Below, one piece after another: positions 20,389 to 29,725 of a stretch of DNA of 64,000 nucleotides. Every line of letters begins with the position of its first letter. Within the stretch, counting starts at the first letter, position 1. The notes below the pieces were generated by a model. That model had not been told where the DNA came from. It was given only the letters and a program-made list of their open reading frames with translations, and searched no databases. Both the position numbers and the translations under genes were made by a program. Source of the stretch: an uncultured Thermoleophilia bacterium (GTDB taxonomy: Bacteria; Actinomycetota; Thermoleophilia; UBA2241); NCBI GenBank assembly GCA_963832655.1, contig CAWHUW010000009.1, positions 89,675-153,674 of the forward strand, written 5' to 3'.

Positions 20389-22245
20389 GTGCATCGGAGT
20401 CGTCGAGGTCGAGGTGTCGTTCCCTCGGTCGCCCTCGTTGTCGCCTGTCTCGTCGTCGTTCTGGCGTGCCTCGCGGCGCTGCTCACGGCGGCCCCCGCGC
20501 AGGCCAAGGACTACTCGATCACCGACGTCGAGATCGAGGCGCAGATCGAGCCGGACGGGACGCTTCTCGTGCGCGAGTGGCGCACGCTGTCGTTCGACGG
20601 CGACTTCTCGCGCGTCTACTGGGAGCTCGACGAGTCGGGCAGCCAGGGGATCGAGGTACTCGGGGCCAGCGGCCCGGAGGGCGCCCTGGCCCTGACGGAC
20701 GACCCCGCGTCGCGTCCGCCGGGCACGTACGCGGTGACCGACCAGGGCTCGATCACGCTCGTCGAGGTCTTCTTCCGCCTGCAGGACACGTCGGCGCGGT
20801 TCGGCATCGAGTACCGCGCCCTCGGCGCCGCGCAGCGCTGGGACGACACCGGCGAGCTGTACTGGCAGCTGGTCGGGGCGGGCTGGGGCGTGCCGACCGA
20901 CCGCCTGCGGGCGTCGGTCGCGCCGCCGCCCGGCGTCACCGGCGAACAGGTCCGGGCCTGGGCGCACGGGCCGCTCTGGGGCACGGTGACGATCGAGGCG
21001 GACGGCGTCGTGCGGCTCGCGGTCGACGACCTCCCGGCGAACACGTTCGTCGAGATCCGCGAGCTCCTCCCTGCCGCGGCGATACCGGACGCCCCGAAGA
21101 ACGACGGGCCACGGGTCGACGCGGTGCTCCAGGAGGAGGGGCGCCTGGCCGACGCGGCCAACGCCGAGCGCGCGGCGGCTCGTCGCCGGCGGGCCCTCGC
21201 GATCGGCCTCGGCGCCGTCCTGCCGCTCGTCGGCCTCGGGCTCGTGACCTTCCTCTTCTTCAGGTACGGACGCGAGTACCGCACGCGGTTCCGCGGCCGG
21301 TACTTCCGCGAGCTCCCCGACCCGGAGCTCGCGCCTGCTCTGGTCGGGACCTTGATGCACTGGGGGTCGGTGAAGGACAGCGACGCGGTGGCGACGCTGC
21401 TCGACCTGGCCAACCGCGGCGTCATCGGCATCGCCCCGGTCGACGAGGAGAAACGCGGGCTGCTCGGGACGAAGACCGAGCGGACCTACGCGCTCACCCT
21501 CGCTCAGCCCGACGCGCAGGGACTGCGCCCGCTCGAACGAGAGCTCGTCGACTTCCTCTTCGGGGACGTGATGGGCAGCGCGTCGTTCACCATCGAGGAG
21601 CTGCGCGACGCCGCCAAGGAGAAGAAGACGACGTTCCACGCCGGCTACGAGTCCTGGCGCTCGGCGGTGTCGAAGGCGGGCGGGGCGCTGGGCTTCGTCG
21701 AGCGCCAGGGCTCGATGGCCATGGGGGGCGCCATCCTCCTCGGGATCCTGTCCATCGTCGGAGGCTTCGTGCTCTCGGGCTTCGCCGAATCGGCGTGGCC
21801 GCTCCTGGGCATCGTGGCGGGCGTCGTCATGCTCGTCATGTCGCCGTTCCTCCGTCGGCGCACGCCCAAGGCAGCCGAGCTTCACGCGATGTACAAGGCG
21901 CTCAAGCGCTATCTCGAGGACTTCGGCCGCCTCGACGAGAAGCCGCCCGACGCCGTCGTGCTCTGGGAGCACTTCCTCGTGCTCGCCGTGGTGTTCGGCA
22001 TCGCCGACAAGGTGATGGAGAACATGAAGGTCAAGATCCCCGAAGTCGTGCAGGACCCGGGCTTCAGCACGATGGGCATGATGGCGATGGCGTCGCACGG
22101 CGGCGCCAGCCCGCTCAGCGCTCTGAGCGGCGGCTTCTCCGCCGCCGTGGCCGCCAGCGCCCCGAGCTCGTCCTCGGGCGGCGGGGGCGGCTTCTCGGGC
22201 GGCGGGGGCGGCGGGGGCGGTGGCGGAGGCGGTGGAGCCGACTGA
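20389..22245 (+). CDS. DUF2207 family membrane protein
   Basis: Signal peptide, 'ELYWQLVG', 'WAHGP', 'LWEHFLVLAVVFG' and the Gly/Ser-rich 'GGGFSGGGGGGGGGGG' tail. Confidence 0.9.
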   Translation: MHRSRRGRGVVPSVALVVACLVVVLACLAALLTAAPAQAKDYSITDVEIEAQIEPDGTLLVREWRTLSFDGDFSRVYWELDESGSQGIEVLGASGPEGALALTDDPASRPPGTYAVTDQGSITLVEVFFRLQDTSARFGIEYRALGAAQRWDDTGELYWQLVGAGWGVPTDRLRASVAPPPGVTGEQVRAWAHGPLWGTVTIEADGVVRLAVDDLPANTFVEIRELLPAAAIPDAPKNDGPRVDAVLQEEGRLADAANAERAAARRRRALAIGLGAVLPLVGLGLVTFLFFRYGREYRTRFRGRYFRELPDPELAPALVGTLMHWGSVKDSDAVATLLDLANRGVIGIAPVDEEKRGLLGTKTERTYALTLAQPDAQGLRPLERELVDFLFGDVMGSASFTIEELRDAAKEKKTTFHAGYESWRSAVSKAGGALGFVERQGSMAMGGAILLGILSIVGGFVLSGFAESAWPLLGIVAGVVMLVMSPFLRRRTPKAAELHAMYKALKRYLEDFGRLDEKPPDAVVLWEHFLVLAVVFGIADKVMENMKVKIPEVVQDPGFSTMGMMAMASHGGASPLSALSGGFSAAVAASAPSSSSGGGGGFSGGGGGGGGGGGGGAD

Positions 22246-22382
22246 CGCCGGCACCGCGCGGCCGTCTTCGCTGCGGCCGTGCGGTTTGCCTCCTCAGGGG
22301 CACGGGAAGGACGAGCCCGAACGCGAGTCGCCCGCGACCCCGGACTCGGGAACACCCACGAGGATGGGAGGAGGGAACCACG

Positions 22383-22811
22383 ATGGCACGTCACGTCCCT
22401 GCGACGTTCATGGAGAAACTCGAGCGGGTCGCGCTCTCGGTCAGCGTCGCTCGCGGCGCGGACCGACGCCACTTCGACCTCGGCGGTGAGGTCGAGCCTG
22501 GCGTCCGCCTCGTCCTCACCGAGGTCGGCGGCGCCCCGCTCGCCCTCTCGCTCTGGAGCTACCCCGCAGACATCGCCGAGATCTGCGGCGACGCGGCCTT
22601 CCCGGCCACCGCCGCCCTACTCGCCATCGACCGCGACCAGGCGCACGAGCTCGGCGCGCGCGGCGTCACCGTCGACCTCGGCCAGTTCACGCGCAGCGAG
22701 GCGTACCCGGGCATCTACTACGCCCTCTTCGACCACGTGAGCAAGCGCCAGGTCCACACCGTGCTGCACAGGCTCGTACCGTCGTTGACCGCGCGCGCCG
22801 TCGCCGGCTGA
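22383..22811 (+). CDS. Hypothetical protein
   Basis: RBS GGAGGGA before ATG; GC3-rich codon pattern; no family recognised. Confidence 0.65.
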   Translation: MARHVPATFMEKLERVALSVSVARGADRRHFDLGGEVEPGVRLVLTEVGGAPLALSLWSYPADIAEICGDAAFPATAALLAIDRDQAHELGARGVTVDLGQFTRSEAYPGIYYALFDHVSKRQVHTVLHRLVPSLTARAVAG

Positions 22812-22968
22812 CGCCGCACAGCCTCTCACTTCCGCATCCCGCGGCCGTTGTGGCCGCTGATACCATAGATGTCGTCCCCGAACGCAGACCATCCCTACTC
22901 AGACCCGCGACGTGGGCGCGACGCATCGGCGTCGCCGGCGCCGCGCGCGAAAGGAGGCCTCCCGCAGC

Positions 22969-23514
22969 ATGGAACATCCCTTCCTGAACACGCCGCCCGA
23001 GCCCGAGGACAAGGGCGCGATGACGGCCGAGAACATCAAGGCCGCGCTGGCCGGCGAGAGCCAGGCCTCGCAGAAGTACCTTGCCTTCGCCGACGTCGCC
23101 GACAACGAGGGCTACCCCAACGTGGCGCGCCTCTTCCGCGCCGTCGCCTTCGCCGAGAGCACGCACGCTCGCAACCACCTGAGCGTGCTCGGCATGATCG
23201 GCTCGACCGCCGACAACCTCAAGGCGGCCTGGGGCGGCGAGACCTTCGAGATCGACGAGATGTACCCGGCCTACGACGCCGTCGCCGCGCTGCAGGGCAA
23301 CGCCTCGGCGCGCACGAGCATCCGCTACGCGCTCAAGGCCGAGGTGGACCACCAGGGCATCTACGACAGCACGCTCAAGGGCGTCGAGGGCAAGAAGGAC
23401 CTCGGCGCGACGCCCGTCCGCGTCTGCCCGGTGTGCGGCCACACCGTGATCGGCGACGCGCCGCACGAGTGCCCGCAGTGCGGCACCGCCGGCGGCTACT
23501 TCAAGGAGTTCTGA
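22969..23514 (+). CDS. rbr: Rubrerythrin
   Basis: 'AGESQA', ExxH di-iron motifs, 'EIDEMYP', C-terminal CPVCGH...CPQC rubredoxin domain. Confidence 0.93.
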   Translation: MEHPFLNTPPEPEDKGAMTAENIKAALAGESQASQKYLAFADVADNEGYPNVARLFRAVAFAESTHARNHLSVLGMIGSTADNLKAAWGGETFEIDEMYPAYDAVAALQGNASARTSIRYALKAEVDHQGIYDSTLKGVEGKKDLGATPVRVCPVCGHTVIGDAPHECPQCGTAGGYFKEF

Positions 23515-24059
23515 TGGACGAGGTCTTCGAGAAGCGCCTCCCCAAGCCCGAGGACCTCAACGCGATGACGGAGGAGAGCCTCAAGGCGGCCTTCGCCGGC
23601 GAGAGCCAGGCGGCCGAGAAGTACCTGGTGTACGCCGAGCAGGCCGAGGAGGAGGGCTTCCCGAACGTGGCCAAGCTCTTCCGCGCCATCTCGTTCGCCG
23701 AGACCCGCCACGCGCGCAACCACCTGCGCACGATGAAGGGCATCCACGCGACGGCCGACAACCTCAAGGCCGCCTTCGAGGGCGAGAGCTTCGAGATCGA
23801 CGAGATGTACCCCGCGTATCAGGAGATCGCCAAGGTCCAGGAGAACACCCAGGCCGGGCGCAGCATCCGGTACGCGCGCAAGGCCGAGATGGACCACAAG
23901 TGGATGTACGCGCAGTCGCGCGAGACGGTGCTCACCGGCAAGGACATCGAGGACAAGCCGGTCAGCGTCTGCCTGATCTGTGGCCACACCGTGATCGGCG
24001 ACCTGCCCGACAGGTGCCCGGTCTGCGCGGCGGCGAAGGAGTACTACCGCACGTTCTGA
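23514..24059 (+). CDS. rbr: Rubrerythrin (tandem paralog)
   Basis: 'AFAGESQA', 'EIDEMYP', CLICGH...CPVC; TGATG overlap with the first copy. Confidence 0.93.
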   Translation: MDEVFEKRLPKPEDLNAMTEESLKAAFAGESQAAEKYLVYAEQAEEEGFPNVAKLFRAISFAETRHARNHLRTMKGIHATADNLKAAFEGESFEIDEMYPAYQEIAKVQENTQAGRSIRYARKAEMDHKWMYAQSRETVLTGKDIEDKPVSVCLICGHTVIGDLPDRCPVCAAAKEYYRTF

Positions 24060-24103
24060 TCCATCAGGACGTGACGGCATGCGACCGGGTCGCACCTTGG
24101 GGC

Positions 24104-24147
24104 GACGGAGGGGCCGGCCCGCCACAAGGCGGGCCGGCCCCTCCGTC
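24104..24147 (+). terminator. 20-bp perfect hairpin after the rubrerythrins
   Basis: GACGGAGGGGCCGGCCCGCC-acaa-GGCGGGCCGGCCCCTCCGTC. Confidence 0.7.
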
Positions 24148-24223
24148 CGGTCCGAAGCCGTTTGATAGACTGCCGACGTCAGGCAGCCGGACCCCGTCCG
24201 GGCACGTCCAGGAGGTCCCCCAA

Positions 24224-24674
24224 GTGGGCTACGCATTCGGCGTCGGCCGTGAAGCGCCGGCCTTCGTCCTCTCCGCCGTCGACGGCAGCGAGATCAACCT
24301 CAGGCAGTACCGCGGCGACTGGTTCCCGGTGCTCGTCTTCATGCCTGCGGCGACCCCCGACGCGCCGAAGAAGCTCGAGGCGCTGAGCAAGGCCGCCGAC
24401 TCCCTCTGGGGTCTGCGCGGCCAGGTGCTGGTGCTGAGCGACGCCGGGCGCGACGAGCTGACGAAGTGGGACGCAGAGGCCGGCGTCGCCGTTCCCCTTC
24501 TCCCGGATGACGGCACGGTCGCGAGGGCGTACGGCGCCTCTCCCTGCTGGCGGCGCGCTCGAGCCGCGCACCGTCATCGTCGACCGCGCCGGCAAGATCG
24601 TCTGGATGGCCGAAGGCGACGAGGCTTTCAAGCCGGCGGCGATCACCGCGGCGTTCCGCAACGTCGCGCGCTGA
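24224..24674 (+). CDS. AhpC/TSA-redoxin fold protein lacking the peroxidatic Cys (frameshift near 24545)
   Basis: 'GREAPAFVLSAVDG.EINL..YRG', 'PLLPD..GTVARAYG'; after the shift 'PRTVIVDRAGKIVW'. Confidence 0.7.
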
Positions 24675-24802
24675 GCGCCGGCGCCTCCTCGCATCGTCAA
24701 AGCTGGGTACACATTCCCCTTGTCGGGGAGGCGCGACCGTTCGGTTCGCGCTACAGTAGGGAACAGTCAGACCGCGCAGACACTCGAAGGGGAGTACGCC
24801 GC

Positions 24803-25171
24803 GTGATCATCGGCCAGACAATGTTCAGCGTCCTCAAGGGCACGGAGCACCGCGCCGAGCACGCCCTGCAGGATCTCGCCGCGCTGCTGCAGTCTGCCTC
24901 GGGTCACGCCGGTCACCGGGTCCTGCGCTCGTTCGGCATGTCGCCCCTGGCCAGCGCTCTGCGCGACCAGGACCGCGAGGCCGTCCTCGGCGACGTCCAC
25001 TTCATCTTCGAGAGCGAGTGGGACTCGATCGAGGCCCACGACGAGTTCTACCGCGCCGAGCCCGTGCAGCGCGTCTACGCGTCGCTCCAGTCGATCCTCG
25101 CGAGCGGCCCGTTCGAAGTGCTCTACGAGGCGCTGGTCGAAGACCCGCAGCGCAGCAGTGTGGCCTTTTAG
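24803..25171 (+). CDS. Antibiotic-biosynthesis-monooxygenase (ABM)-like dimeric alpha/beta barrel protein
   Basis: RBS GGGGAG; 'SEWDSIEAHDEF' ABM-like motif; about 122 aa. Confidence 0.65.
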   Translation: MIIGQTMFSVLKGTEHRAEHALQDLAALLQSASGHAGHRVLRSFGMSPLASALRDQDREAVLGDVHFIFESEWDSIEAHDEFYRAEPVQRVYASLQSILASGPFEVLYEALVEDPQRSSVAF

Positions 25172-25500
25172 CCGCCGCGCGTCCGCGCCGTCCTTCACCG
25201 ACATCGAACCCTCCGAGGCGTTCCGTCGCGCCGGGGAGGGGGTCAAGCTCATCGACGTCCGCGAGCCTCGCGAGCTGGCGACAGGCAGGTTCCCCAAGGC
25301 GGTCAACGTTCCTCTCGCCGAGCTCGAGTCCTATGCGTCCAAGCTCGATCCGGCCGCGCCGGTCATGCTGGCGTGCCGCAGCGGGAGCCGCAGCCGTAAG
25401 GGCGCGAAGCGACTTGCGGCCCTCGGCTTCACCGACGTGAGTAACGTCCGCGGCGGCGTCGACGCGCTGGGGCCGCGCCGGGCTGCCGCTCGCACGCTGA
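25158..25500 (+). CDS. Rhodanese-domain sulfurtransferase (frameshift near 25468)
   Basis: 'LIDVREP.E', active site 'CRSGSRS'. The typical 'GG..AW..AGLP' tail is restored by a 1-nt shift. Confidence 0.82.
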
Positions 25501-25626
25501 GTCGCCCGCCGCTCTCCGCGCCTCTGCGGCCGTCGCGAGGGTTCGGAGTGCTGCCCTGCGCCGCCTCCCCTCCTGATCGGTCACGCGACCCTCCATGAAG
25601 GTGGGCCGGTCTCAGCACGGCAACGC

Positions 25627-25661
25627 TTGCCGCATCAACTGTTGACAGTTTACAGTCCATC
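25627..25661 (+). promoter_or_regulatory. Promoter with overlapping heptad operator
   Basis: TTGCCG(25627)-N18-TACAGT(25651); ATCAACT-GTTGACA-GTTTACA-GTCCATC. Confidence 0.65.
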
Positions 25662-25771
25662 ATGCATGAGCTACGCAGTGGACGCTAACGCGCCGCTCGC
25701 GAAGGGCGACAGCACGTCCGGCGGGCAACGGGGCCGCGAACACAAGATCGCGAGACAGGAGAACAGCGACC

Positions 25772-26929
25772 ATGGGGAAGCGAACCGAGTTCCTGTACCT
25801 GTCCGAGCCGGACATGATCGAGGCCGGCGTCCTGGATGCACCACGCTGCGTCGACGTCTGTGAGGATGTCTTCAAGCTCCTCGCCACCGGCGACTACCTG
25901 ATGGGGGGCTCGAACCACAACAACCACGGCTTGGGCATCGAGTTCCCGGAGGAGTCGCCGTTCCCCAACATGCCGCTGGCGGGACCGGATCGCCGCTTCG
26001 TCGCGATGCCGGCCTACCTGGGCGGCAAGTACGACGTGTGCGGCAACAAGTGGTATGGCTCCAATCCCGACAACCCCGCCCGGGGCCTGCCGCGCTCGGT
26101 CCTGACCGTGATGCTCAACGACAAGGTCACCGGAGAGCCCCTGTGCCTCATGTCGGCGAACCTGCTGAGCTCCGCCCGCACAGGCGCGATCCCCGCCGTG
26201 GCCACGCGCTACCTGGCACGCCAGGACTCCGAGGTCTGCACCGTGATCGGCTGCGGCCCGATCAACAGGGCCTGCGTTCGCGCCATCGTCTCGCAGATGC
26301 CGAGCCTGAAGAGGGTGATCTGCCACGACCTTCACGGAGGAGAAGGCCCAGGCGTTCGCGGATTGGTCGCAGAACGATGCTCGGGATACCCGGTGTCGTT
26401 TCGACCTCGCTTGACGACTGCGCTCCGGGACGGCGATGTCGTGACCGTCGCGGCCTCGCGCCTGAAGACGCTCTACGTGGAGGACGCGTGGTTCAAGCGC
26501 GGGGCGACCGTGCTCCTCACCGGCCCGATGAAGGCGGAGGACTCCTTCTGGCTCAACAGCCGGATCGTCTACGACAACATCCACCTGCACGAAGCCTACG
26601 TTCTGGACGCGCTCGCCACTCCCGACAAGCTCAAGTACTACGACGGCGTCATCGGCGGACCGCTCTACAGGCTGATCGACGACGGCAAGCTGCCGTCGCT
26701 CGCCGACTCCACCGACCTGGGAAACGTCATCCTGGGCAACAAGAGTCGTCGTGAGAGCGCCGAGGAACGCATCGTCCTCGTCGCCTCCGGAATGGCCGTC
26801 TTCGACGTCGCCTGGGGATATGAGCTCTACCAGGCAGCCCTCGAGCGGGGACTCGGCCAGCGTCTCCTGCTGTGGGACCAGCCATATCGCGAAGCCGCTC
26901 CCCCGCCCAGCGTCCTGGCTGAGTCCTAG
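25772..26929 (+). CDS. Ornithine cyclodeaminase/mu-crystallin family protein ('tyramine oxidase subunit B'-like)
   Basis: 'DRRFVAMPAYLGG', 'KWYGSN', 'SARTGA', 'GCGPI', 'GMAVFDVAWG'. There is a possible compensated frameshift at ~26330-26400. Confidence 0.85.
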   Translation: MGKRTEFLYLSEPDMIEAGVLDAPRCVDVCEDVFKLLATGDYLMGGSNHNNHGLGIEFPEESPFPNMPLAGPDRRFVAMPAYLGGKYDVCGNKWYGSNPDNPARGLPRSVLTVMLNDKVTGEPLCLMSANLLSSARTGAIPAVATRYLARQDSEVCTVIGCGPINRACVRAIVSQMPSLKRVICHDLHGGEGPGVRGLVAERCSGYPVSFRPRLTTALRDGDVVTVAASRLKTLYVEDAWFKRGATVLLTGPMKAEDSFWLNSRIVYDNIHLHEAYVLDALATPDKLKYYDGVIGGPLYRLIDDGKLPSLADSTDLGNVILGNKSRRESAEERIVLVASGMAVFDVAWGYELYQAALERGLGQRLLLWDQPYREAAPPPSVLAES

Positions 26930-26949
26930 CGGACAGAGAGCAGTAAGGG

Positions 26950-28354
26950 ATGCGGAAGATCCGGAACTTCGAAGCACTGGTCTCGCACGGAGCAGCGGAC
27001 TCCAGGAGGGTGGTGCTGGAGATCGCCGACAAGACGCTCCAGCGGCTGGACGCCTACAAGCGGATCAAGAGCATCACGCGCCTGGAGGGGAGCTCCCTGC
27101 ACATCGGGACGCGGACCTGGGACCTCTCGAAGAAGCGGCACGTCTATCTCGTCGGCGCCGGAAAGGCGTGCAACGCGATGGCTGCGGCGCTCGACGAGAT
27201 CCTCGGCCACCACCTCAGCAAGGGGATCGCGATCGTCAAGGTCGCCGAGGAGGGAGACGTCTTCAGGAACACGGACGTCTACGTGGGCGGACATCCGCTG
27301 CCCAACGAGACCGGACACGAGGCCTCCCTGAAGATCCTGGAACTCGCGGACGGGGCGGGTCCCGACGACCTGTTCATCGCGGTGATCAGCGGGGGCAGCT
27401 CGGCTCTCATGAGCTGCCCCGATCGAGGGCATCTCCCTGCAGGACGAGATGGACGCGACGGACGTCCTGCTCAAGTCCGGCGCCGGCATCTACGAGATCA
27501 ATGCGATCCGGCGCCACATCTCGCAGACGAACGGCGGCATGCTGGCCAAGCGGATCCAGGCCTCCGGTGCCGAGCTGATCGGCTTCGGCATCTCCGACGC
27601 GGTCGGCAACCCGCCGACAGGCGACATCGGGATCCCGTACCGCGACTACGCGAGCACGCCGATCGGCCCCGACAAGACCACGCTCGATGACGCCCGGCGC
27701 GTCATCGCCGACTACGACCTGGCCGATCGGCTTCCCCCCGACGTCGTCCGCTACCTCATGGAGGCCGGGGACGATCGCGAGACGCCGAAGGCGTTTCCTG
27801 ACAATACGTACTTCGTGCTCAACACCGTGCCCGATTCGTGCATCTATGCGCGAGAGGTCGCCGAGGAGATGGGGGTCACCGCCCACATCCTGACTTCCTT
27901 CCTCGAGGGCGAGAGCAAGGATGCCGGCACGTTCTTCGCCTCGCTTGCCCGCGAGGTACAGGCCTACGGCAATCCGTTCCCGGCGCCGTGCGTGATCCTC
28001 AGCAGCGGAGAGACGACGACGAAGATCCCGGACAACGCCGCCGTCGAAGGACACGGAGGGCCGTCGCAGGAGCTCACCGCGAGCTTCGCCATCAGCGCCG
28101 CGAAGGCCCCCGGCGCGTGCATGTTCTCGGTGGATTCGGAGGGGACCGATGGGACCACACCCGCGGCCGGCGGTCTCACCGACTCCACGAGCTACGAGAC
28201 GGCCGTGGAGAAGGGCGTGAGCCTGCATGCCGCGCTGCGGGGCCACTCGTGCTACGAGGCGCTGGGGGCCATCGGCGACACGGTGTTCACCGGCAACACA
28301 GGAACGAACCTCTGCGACTTCAACATCCTCTACGTCCCGGCACTCGGGGACTAG
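26950..28354 (+). CDS. Glycerate 2-kinase type (DUF4147/MOFRL) kinase (frameshift near 27420)
   Basis: 'VGAGKA', 'GGHPLPN', 'ISGGSSALM', 'EINAIRRHIS', 'SGETT', 'DSEGTDG', 'TGNTGTNLCD'. Confidence 0.85.
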
Positions 28355-28405
28355 CCAGAGGCACACCACACGGCCACGCCACACCAGCGACGAAGCGAGT
28401 CACAC

Positions 28406-29674
28406 ATGAGGATCGAATCCGTGCGGGCACGGCAGCTCATCGACTGCAAGTGCCGGCCGATGGTCGAGGTCGAGGTCGAGACGGAGGGAGGGTTCGTCGG
28501 CAGGGGCGCCGCGCCCACAGGCCAGTCGGTGGGCATGTACGAGGCCTTCGTGCTGCGGGACGACGATCCCGATGAGTACGGCGGCCTCAGCGTGCACCGG
28601 GCCGTGGAGAACGTGCGGCAGGTCATCGCGCCGGCCCTCGTCGGGATGCCGGTCGACGACCAGCGCGCCCTCGACGGCGTGATGATCGCCCTCGATGGGA
28701 CGGAGAACAAGAGCAACCTGGGCGGCAACGCCATCTACTCGACCTCGATCGCCTGCTTCAGGGCCGCCGCCGCCGTCGCCGGAGTACCCCTCTATCGATA
28801 CCTCGGAGGGGACGGGCTCGCGACGGTTCCCGTGCCGAGCTTCAACATGGTGAACGGGGGCCGCTACGGCGACATGGTCCAACCGTTCAACGAGTTCATC
28901 GTCATGCCCTACAAGGCGGAGTCGATCTTCGAAGCGGTGGAGATGGGGGTCAGGGTCTTCGAGGTGATGGCGCATGTCCTGGAGCGGTATGTCGGGTCAC
29001 CACCCGAGGTGGCGCGCTCCTACGGCTACGTGGCGCCGTCTGAGGACCCCGAGGTCGTCCTCTCACTCATGCGGGAGGCGATCGATGCCTGCGGGTACGC
29101 CGACAAGATGGCCTTCGCGCTCGACTGCGCCTCGAGCGAGATGTACGACGCGGCGACCGCGACCTACTACCTCAAGGGGGAGCGCGTCAGCTCCGGCGAT
29201 CTGATCTCCTACGCCAAGGACCTGACCGAGAAGTTCGACTTGGTGTTCATCGAGGATCTCCTCGAGGAGAACGACTGGGATGGCTATGCCCGTGCGGTAC
29301 GGGAGATCCCGCGCACGATCATCCTTGGCGACGACCTCATCGCCACGAACCTGGCGCGTCTCCAGAGGGCCAGCGCCATGAGAGCGGTCGACGGATTCCT
29401 TCTCAAGCCGAACCAGGTCGGGACGATCTCGGAGGCTCTGGAGACCTACGAGTACGCCGTCGGGCACGGTCTCATCGCGGTCCCTTCCGGGCGCTCCGGC
29501 GGGGTCGTCGACGACGTGGTCATGGATCTGTCGGTCGGGCTCCAGGTGCCGTTCCAGAAGAACGGCGCGCCACGATCCGGAGAGCGCATCGAGAAGCTCA
29601 ACTTCCTCATGCGCGCGGCTGACACGATCCCCGACTGCCGCCTGGCCGATGTTGCCAGCATCGTGAAGTTCTAG
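28406..29674 (+). CDS. Enolase-family protein with divergent active site
   Basis: Enolase fold motifs 'DGTENKSNLGGNAI', 'ALDCASSE', 'FIED', 'GDD', 'KPNQVG'. Several catalytic residues are altered (see findings). Confidence 0.85.
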   Translation: MRIESVRARQLIDCKCRPMVEVEVETEGGFVGRGAAPTGQSVGMYEAFVLRDDDPDEYGGLSVHRAVENVRQVIAPALVGMPVDDQRALDGVMIALDGTENKSNLGGNAIYSTSIACFRAAAAVAGVPLYRYLGGDGLATVPVPSFNMVNGGRYGDMVQPFNEFIVMPYKAESIFEAVEMGVRVFEVMAHVLERYVGSPPEVARSYGYVAPSEDPEVVLSLMREAIDACGYADKMAFALDCASSEMYDAATATYYLKGERVSSGDLISYAKDLTEKFDLVFIEDLLEENDWDGYARAVREIPRTIILGDDLIATNLARLQRASAMRAVDGFLLKPNQVGTISEALETYEYAVGHGLIAVPSGRSGGVVDDVVMDLSVGLQVPFQKNGAPRSGERIEKLNFLMRAADTIPDCRLADVASIVKF

Positions 29675-29725
29675 GACCGGGTCTCTGGCGTGGTCCTCCG
29701 AGACACGGACGTGAGGAGTCGCAGC

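Noticed and set aside
22176-22236. GGC/GGG-rich tandem repeat
   Set aside because: It encodes the normal Gly-rich tail of DUF2207 proteins.
28406-29674. Calling this gene the glycolytic eno
   Set aside because: Key catalytic motifs (GDEGG, NGGxH, SHRSG) are altered and the context is a specialised operon.
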